The notes under the pieces are model-generated. The model was not told the origin of the DNA. It searched no databases and saw only the letters and a list, made by a program, of their open reading frames with translations. Positions 58,862-64,000 of a stretch of 64,000 nt of DNA are shown here, piece after piece. This DNA is from Myxococcales bacterium (GTDB taxonomy: Bacteria > Myxococcota_A > Polyangia > Polyangiales > DASUME01), in NCBI GenBank assembly GCA_047601445.1, contig JASGJH010000001.1:8416001-8480000 (forward strand), read 5' to 3'. The position numbers and the translations under genes were made by a program. How positions within the stretch are numbered: the stretch's first letter is position 1; each line of letters begins with the position of its first letter.

Positions 58862-59695
58862 ATGTTCTCATTCTTCTCATTCCACTCTCACCTCAAGCCG
58901 ACCTCGACAGCCTGGGGCCTGCTCTTCTTCGCATTGGGCGTTCTCGCCGGATGCGGCGACTCACCCATCCAGCCGGGCGCCGTTCCACTTCCCCAAGACG
59001 CCGGACCAGACCGCGAAGCCGAAGCGGATGTAGACGCCGCCACTGGGGTTTCGGAATGCGATGCCGACGACACCAAGAGCTGCACATGTGATGACGGCTC
59101 CGAAGGGGAGCGTACCTGCACGGACGGATTCTATGGCTTGTGCAAGGGATGCCCGACCGTCAACCGCATCGTCACCAAGTGCGTGGGAGGTGTCTACGAG
59201 GGGAGAATGGATGGCACCTATACGGGCGGTTTCCCTGGGGTGATCGCGTTCTATCCCTATATGTTGTCGGCCCAGAGTGAGCTGACCCTGCTGAACACCA
59301 CGCAAGGTGAGTTCGCGACCATCGGCGACGGCTGTCTGCGCTTCGTCTCGGGCGATGGTGGGGTGATCGACACGGGAGCCGGCTGGGTAACGGGCGAGGT
59401 CGACTGTAGAACAGGCGAGCTAGCGGGGATTTTGCGCGCCTACTACACGATGACGGACTTCTTCAGCGGCCAGACATACAAGGTGTTTTTCAAGGGCAAG
59501 TACACAGGCGTCTTCAACCCCACGACCAAGTCGTTCGACAACGGTAGGTGGACTGGTCAGGAGCCGATGGGCGCGATCAACAACGCCGGCGGCGGCGGGA
59601 CCTGGACCGGGGTGCTGAACGAAAGTCGCGCGCCGGGTTCGGGCACCTTGGAAGGCTGCTTGGGTGAAGGATTTCCCGAGAACACGTTCAAGTGA
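58862..59695 (+). CDS. Cys-rich lipoprotein (paralog A)
   Basis: Lipobox LAGC, CxC..G...C..G....C..C motif, close paralog of 62772..63599. Confidence 0.8.
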   Translation: MFSFFSFHSHLKPTSTAWGLLFFALGVLAGCGDSPIQPGAVPLPQDAGPDREAEADVDAATGVSECDADDTKSCTCDDGSEGERTCTDGFYGLCKGCPTVNRIVTKCVGGVYEGRMDGTYTGGFPGVIAFYPYMLSAQSELTLLNTTQGEFATIGDGCLRFVSGDGGVIDTGAGWVTGEVDCRTGELAGILRAYYTMTDFFSGQTYKVFFKGKYTGVFNPTTKSFDNGRWTGQEPMGAINNAGGGGTWTGVLNESRAPGSGTLEGCLGEGFPENTFK

Positions 59696-59711
59696 AGGTC
59701 CGCCAGGTCCC

Positions 59712-59744
59712 GTGAGCCGCGTGGAGGGGGTTCGGACACTATGG
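59712..59744 (+). promoter_or_regulatory. ECF-type promoter, cassette-2 motif, copy 2 (possibly autoregulatory)
   Basis: GTGAGCCG-N17-CACTATGG at the 5' end of the sigma gene. Confidence 0.65.
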
Positions 59745-60376
59745 CTACAGGCAACGTGCTAGTCCGAAAGCTTTCCATGCCACAGTCGCCTCCGCCTGCG
59801 CCCGCCCGAGACGGGGAAGACGCTCTCGTGCGGGCGCTCAAGGCGCGGCAACCCATGGCTGCGGCTCAGTTTTATGACCGCTACGCCGTACAGGTCCAAC
59901 GTGTTCTGGCGCGCGTCATGGGCGCAGATCAGGATCTGGCCGACCTGCTGCAGGAGGTTTTCGCACGCGCTCTGGCCGAGATCGACAAGCTGGAGCGCGG
60001 CGATCGGCTTGGCGCGTGGCTCAACAGCGTGGCGGTGTTCACGGCACGCGGGCACATTCGGCGCCGCAAGCGGCAGCGCTGGCTCCGTTTCTTCGCGCCC
60101 GAGGAGCTGCCCGAACGTGTTGTGCCCGAACCGGAGCACGATGTGCAGCGTGCGGTACGCGCCATGTACTCGGTCATGGACCAACTTCCGACCGACGAAC
60201 GAATCGTTTTCGCGCTGCGTTTCATGGAAGAGATGGAGTTGCTCGAAGTGGCCGAAGCCTGTGGAGTCTCCCTTGCGACGGTCAAGCGCCGCCTGGCCCG
60301 TGCCGAGCGGCGTTTCATCGAGCTGGCTCAGGATTCACCCGCGCTTCGTGCGCGGCTCCAGGGGGACATCCTGTGA
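59741..60376 (+). CDS. ECF sigma-70 factor (cassette 2)
   Basis: DLLQEVF...WL, ELLEVAEACGVSLATVKRRL. The true start is likely 59756 or 59777 if the promoter motif is real. Confidence 0.9.
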   Translation: MATGNVLVRKLSMPQSPPPAPARDGEDALVRALKARQPMAAAQFYDRYAVQVQRVLARVMGADQDLADLLQEVFARALAEIDKLERGDRLGAWLNSVAVFTARGHIRRRKRQRWLRFFAPEELPERVVPEPEHDVQRAVRAMYSVMDQLPTDERIVFALRFMEEMELLEVAEACGVSLATVKRRLARAERRFIELAQDSPALRARLQGDIL

Positions 60377-61704
60377 ACCAGCCCCTACAAAAACTGGCGC
60401 GTGAGGTGGCCGCGGCTCAGGAGGAGGCGCTCGAGAAGCGCTCCGAGCTGGGCCGCGCTCGGGTGGCTTTTCTACGGTCGCTCGCGGAACAGCAGGGAGC
60501 GGGACGCCGGCCTATCTCTTTCTTCTTCACTCAGAGGTTCGCGCGGTTCGCTTTCGGCATGCCGGCGGTATTTCTGCTTGGGCTCTGCCTTGGGTGGCTG
60601 ACCTGGTGGACGCGTCAGTCTCCTGAGCTGCCTGCGCTGAGTTTTCGCGTGGGTGGTGAGCAGGTCCAGGAGTCTGGGCGGCGGCTCGTGGCACCCGCGG
60701 ATCGCCCGCTCACCCTGGATTTCTCCGATGGCTCGCGGGTCGAGCTGGGCGCCCGGAGCGAACTGCGCGTGATCCAACTCGACAAGCGAGGAGCTCGCCT
60801 GCAGCTCGCCCATGGGAGCGTGCGCTTTGCGGTCGTCCATCGTCACGACACCTTCTGGATTCTCGAGTCCGGGCCGTTTACCACCCATGTCGTGGGAACG
60901 ACGTTCGAGGTGAATTGGAAGCCGGTCGCGGGCAATTTCGAACTGACGATGTTCGACGGTGCAGTCGAGCTCACGGGACCCGTCATCGGAAAGCAAACGG
61001 TCTCGCGATCCGAGCGGGTCAAGGTCTCCGTCAACGAAGGGCGAGCCCAGCTCGAGGCGAGCCACTCCATGGTGCCCACCGTGACGCCTCTTAGCGTGCC
61101 TGATGGTCAGCCGGATGTCGGCACCGTGGCCACCTCCATCGAGGAGGAAGCCAGTCGCCTGCCATCGCGACGACGGGCGGCCAAGGTTGCCACCGGCGTC
61201 GGCAGCATCCCATCCGAGCGCTGGCGAGAAGCGCTCGATGAGAGCCTTGCGAGGCTGTCACGCGAAGGTCGCTACGCGGAGGTCGTCGCGACAGCCGTCA
61301 GCGCGAACTGGGAACAGACGCTCTCGGCTGCGTCTCCTGACGTGCTGGTGCTACTGGGGGATGCAGCTCGTCTGTCCGGGGACGCGGAGCGGGCTCGAGA
61401 CGCATATGAACGCGTGCGTACTCGCTTCCCGGGCTCTGACGACGCAGCGAAGGCCGCCTTTGCATTGGGCAGGCTCGAGCACGACCGGCACGCACAGCCC
61501 GCGCAGGCGGCTCGCTGGTTCTCCCTGTACTTGAAAGAGGCTCGTCATGGCCCGATGGCCCGTGAGGCGATGGGGCGTCTGATGGAAGCCCAGCTCCAGA
61601 GCGGTGCCCACGCTGTCGCTCGTGAGACCGCGAAGGAATACCTCGAAGTTTACGCTGATGGTCCCCACGCCCGCCTGGCGCACCGGTTGTTGGAGGAACG
61701 TTGA
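60373..61704 (+). CDS. FecR-domain anti-sigma with C-terminal TPR (cassette 2)
   Basis: GTGA overlap, TM helix, FSDGSRVEL, LAHGSV, VVGTTFEV, TPR (GDAARLSG...RFP...AAFALGR...REAMGR). Confidence 0.85.
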   Translation: MNQPLQKLAREVAAAQEEALEKRSELGRARVAFLRSLAEQQGAGRRPISFFFTQRFARFAFGMPAVFLLGLCLGWLTWWTRQSPELPALSFRVGGEQVQESGRRLVAPADRPLTLDFSDGSRVELGARSELRVIQLDKRGARLQLAHGSVRFAVVHRHDTFWILESGPFTTHVVGTTFEVNWKPVAGNFELTMFDGAVELTGPVIGKQTVSRSERVKVSVNEGRAQLEASHSMVPTVTPLSVPDGQPDVGTVATSIEEEASRLPSRRRAAKVATGVGSIPSERWREALDESLARLSREGRYAEVVATAVSANWEQTLSAASPDVLVLLGDAARLSGDAERARDAYERVRTRFPGSDDAAKAAFALGRLEHDRHAQPAQAARWFSLYLKEARHGPMAREAMGRLMEAQLQSGAHAVARETAKEYLEVYADGPHARLAHRLLEER

Positions 61705-62735
61705 CGCGTACTCGCTGGGTAGCCGTGACGGTTGGTGTCTTGCTTTGGAGCGGACTGCTCGGCGCTTGGTCGTGGTGTTGCCAGGCGGCTGCCCAGGAAA
61801 AGCGTGCTCGTGTCCTGGTCGTCGACTCGGAGACCGCCGGTGCGCTGTCGCTCCGCGTCAGTGCCGAGCTCGCCGACGTCGGGCTCGAACCGGTCCGACT
61901 GACCCCGAGCGCGATTCCAGACCTCGCTGCGCTGGGCAATCTCGCGCGAGCTCACGACGCGGAGCTCGCGTTGTGCATCGAGATGAAGGGCTCTTTTGCC
62001 CGCGTGTGGATCGTCGATCGGGTCACGCGCAAGGCACTCCGACGAGACTTCGCGCTGTCTGGCCCGGGGAGCGGCCAGAAGCAGGACGCTGCCGTCGGGG
62101 TCGTCGCGCTCGGTGTCGTCGAGCTCGTGCGGGCAAGCTTGCTCGAGCTCGATGTACTGCTGCCGACCCACCAAGTGCCTTCCCCCAGCCCCAAGCTGAT
62201 CAACCTCGCGCACGAGCCTGCACGCTTCTCACTGCAAGTATCGCTAGGCATCCATGGAGGCCCAGGGGGAGCGCCGCCGCTAGCCCAGTTCCATCTCGGC
62301 GGGAGCATTCGACTACATTCCCGCCTTCACGCCGTCTTGTCAGCGGGACTTCCCATTCACCCCGTTCGCGTCTCGGACTCTCAAGGCACCGCGACCCTCT
62401 GGATGGGATCCTTTGTCGCTGGCCTGCGCGTTCCCCTCGGTGAGGACGACCTGGCCGTGCGCCCGCACCTTGGGCTCGGAATCCTTGGCGTCTTGCTCAC
62501 GTCGGATGGAGCCGGCAAGGCGCCCTTCGAAGGGCGTCGCAGTCGGACCGTCACGAGCGGTCCGGCTGTTGAACTGGGGGCTCGCTGCGCCCTCACGCAG
62601 AGAGTCCGACTGCTGCTGAATCTCAGCGCGGCCTACCTGGTATCGCCGCTGGTGGTCGCTTTTGCCGATCAGGACGTCGCGAGAATCGGCCGGCCCTGGC
62701 TGGGCGCTACGCTCGGTCTCGATCTGGCTCCTTAG
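61701..62735 (+). CDS. Secreted protein with an N-terminal alpha/beta domain and a C-terminal beta region (putative OM beta-barrel), cassette 2
   Basis: TTGA overlap, signal peptide, 'VAL..VEL' helix as in 14302..15321, amphipathic strands. Confidence 0.65.
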   Translation: MTRTRWVAVTVGVLLWSGLLGAWSWCCQAAAQEKRARVLVVDSETAGALSLRVSAELADVGLEPVRLTPSAIPDLAALGNLARAHDAELALCIEMKGSFARVWIVDRVTRKALRRDFALSGPGSGQKQDAAVGVVALGVVELVRASLLELDVLLPTHQVPSPSPKLINLAHEPARFSLQVSLGIHGGPGGAPPLAQFHLGGSIRLHSRLHAVLSAGLPIHPVRVSDSQGTATLWMGSFVAGLRVPLGEDDLAVRPHLGLGILGVLLTSDGAGKAPFEGRRSRTVTSGPAVELGARCALTQRVRLLLNLSAAYLVSPLVVAFADQDVARIGRPWLGATLGLDLAP

Positions 62736-62771
62736 TCCAACGCGCCGTTGTGCCCGATAGAGGATCACTCC

Positions 62772-63599
62772 ATGCCGCTATTCTCTTCGCCAGATTCACA
62801 CGAGACGCCCTGGATTTCGCCGATGCTGCGGATCGCTCGCTGGGAATTTGTCGCCTGCCTTGGGCCGCTGCTCGGCTGCGGGGACGCCATCGTTCGCCCC
62901 ATCGTTGCCCCGCCACAGGACAGCATCGAGGCCGGCATCGACGCCTCTCAACCGCTCGCGGAATGCAGCGCTGGCGAGAGGCGTAGTTGTCCGTGCGGCG
63001 ACGGTGCGAGCGGTCACCGCTCCTGCTCCGATGGGTTCTTCGGCTTGTGCAAGGGATGCCCCGCCTCCGTAGACGTTGCTTCGAGGTGCGAAGCCGGTGT
63101 TTACGAGGGAACCATGGATGGCGTCTACACGGGGGGGATTCCGGGCGTGATCGCTTTCTATCCCTACACGATCTCGGCCAAGAGTGAGCTGACCCTGAGC
63201 GAGAGCCAGGGCGAGTTTGCGAGCATCGGCGATGGCTGCCTGCGCTTCGTGTCGGGAGACGGCGGAGTCGCCGACACCGGAGCAGGTTGGGTGTCAGGTG
63301 AGGTCGACTGCAGGACGGGCGAGTTCGCCGGGATTCTGCGCGCCTACTACACCATGAAGGACTTCCTCTCTGGCAAGACCTACAAGGTGTTCTTCAAGGG
63401 CAAGTACGTAGCGACCTACAACTTCAAGACCAAGGCGTTCGAAGGCGGCACCTGGACTGGGCAGGAGCCGATGGGGTCGATCAACGACGCCGGCGGCGAG
63501 GGCACCTGGACCGGAGCGCTGAATGAAAGCCGCCCGCCTCAAGATGGAACCTTGAAGGGCTGTCTGGGCGAGCCGTTCCCGGAGCAGAACTTCAAGTAG
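62772..63599 (+). CDS. Cys-rich lipoprotein (paralog B), fourth gene of cassette 2
   Basis: Lipobox LLGC, core nearly colinear with 58862..59695. Start at 62772 or 62823. Confidence 0.8.
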   Translation: MPLFSSPDSHETPWISPMLRIARWEFVACLGPLLGCGDAIVRPIVAPPQDSIEAGIDASQPLAECSAGERRSCPCGDGASGHRSCSDGFFGLCKGCPASVDVASRCEAGVYEGTMDGVYTGGIPGVIAFYPYTISAKSELTLSESQGEFASIGDGCLRFVSGDGGVADTGAGWVSGEVDCRTGEFAGILRAYYTMKDFLSGKTYKVFFKGKYVATYNFKTKAFEGGTWTGQEPMGSINDAGGEGTWTGALNESRPPQDGTLKGCLGEPFPEQNFK

Positions 63600-63624
63600 C
63601 CTCGACAAGGGCGCGACGACCCTC

Positions 63625-63999
63625 TCAGGGCTCGGCTGCGACGCGATCCTTGCCGTCGAACGGCGGCGTAAAGACCGCGTAGCCGATCAGCGGCGTCTTG
63701 GCCGTGTTGCGCATGGAGTGGACGAAACCACGCGGGACATGGACGATGGAGTGCGGGCCGATCGGACGAGTCGTCTGCCCGATGCGCATCTCGCCTTGGC
63801 CCTCGAGCAATACGACCATCAGATCATGGGTGACGTGCCTGTGTAGCGGCTCGGCATCGAGCAGCGCCACCACGTGATAGCTCGCGGTGCCATCGCGCGC
63901 GATCTCCGTAATCTTGAAGGTCTCCCCTTTTGCGAGGGGCACGAGCCGCGGCAGGTCTTCGAACGCGATCTCCAGCGAGGTCTCGCCAAACTGGCCGTA
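63625..63999 (-). CDS. Cupin-domain protein (5' end outside the window)
   Basis: H.H..HD...LEGQG, VPRGFVH. The frame is open to the window end. Confidence 0.8.
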   Translation of the reverse strand, partial: YGQFGETSLEIAFEDLPRLVPLAKGETFKITEIARDGTASYHVVALLDAEPLHRHVTHDLMVVLLEGQGEMRIGQTTRPIGPHSIVHVPRGFVHSMRNTAKTPLIGYAVFTPPFDGKDRVAAEP

Positions 64000-64000
64000 G

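Noticed and set aside
1..64000. rRNA, tRNA, CRISPR array, integrase or transposase
   Set aside because: I saw no recognisable motifs or spaced repeat arrays. The repeats in 2-4700 are protein-level coding repeats.

Overview
High-GC window, most likely from a myxobacterium (Polyangia-like). The evidence is MYXO-CTERM-like tails, DAG-rich linkers, Cys-rich lipoproteins and a DUF1592/DUF1552 pair. It holds about 45 CDS. I found no rRNA, tRNA, CRISPR array or transposase. The main finding is two copies of a four-gene cassette: ECF sigma, FecR-TPR anti-sigma, putative outer-membrane beta-protein and lipoprotein (12425-16256 and 59741-63599). In each copy the fourth gene is a paralog of a nearby gene preceded by a cassette-specific ECF-type promoter. 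For cassette 1 the motif is CTGAACCG-N17-CTCY, starting exactly 38 nt before three ATGs. For cassette 2 it is GTGAGCCG-N17-CACT, found twice. In cassette 1 the fourth gene is a GH16-like protein lacking the catalytic glutamates, and its partner is an intact GH16. This suggests a TonB-independent surface-signalling design in which a copy of the effector acts as the sensor (inference). Also present: a YcaO-TfuA thioamidation pair beside a TPR gene and a well-signalled 44-aa small ORF, a nitrate reductase with a fused ferredoxin-DmsC partner and a candidate sigma-54 promoter, a Cys-tailed ECF sigma with a dehalogenase, and an orphan Imm49 protein. Three genes are broken by single extra bases, probably assembly errors. 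All family calls come from motif recognition by eye; no searches were run.
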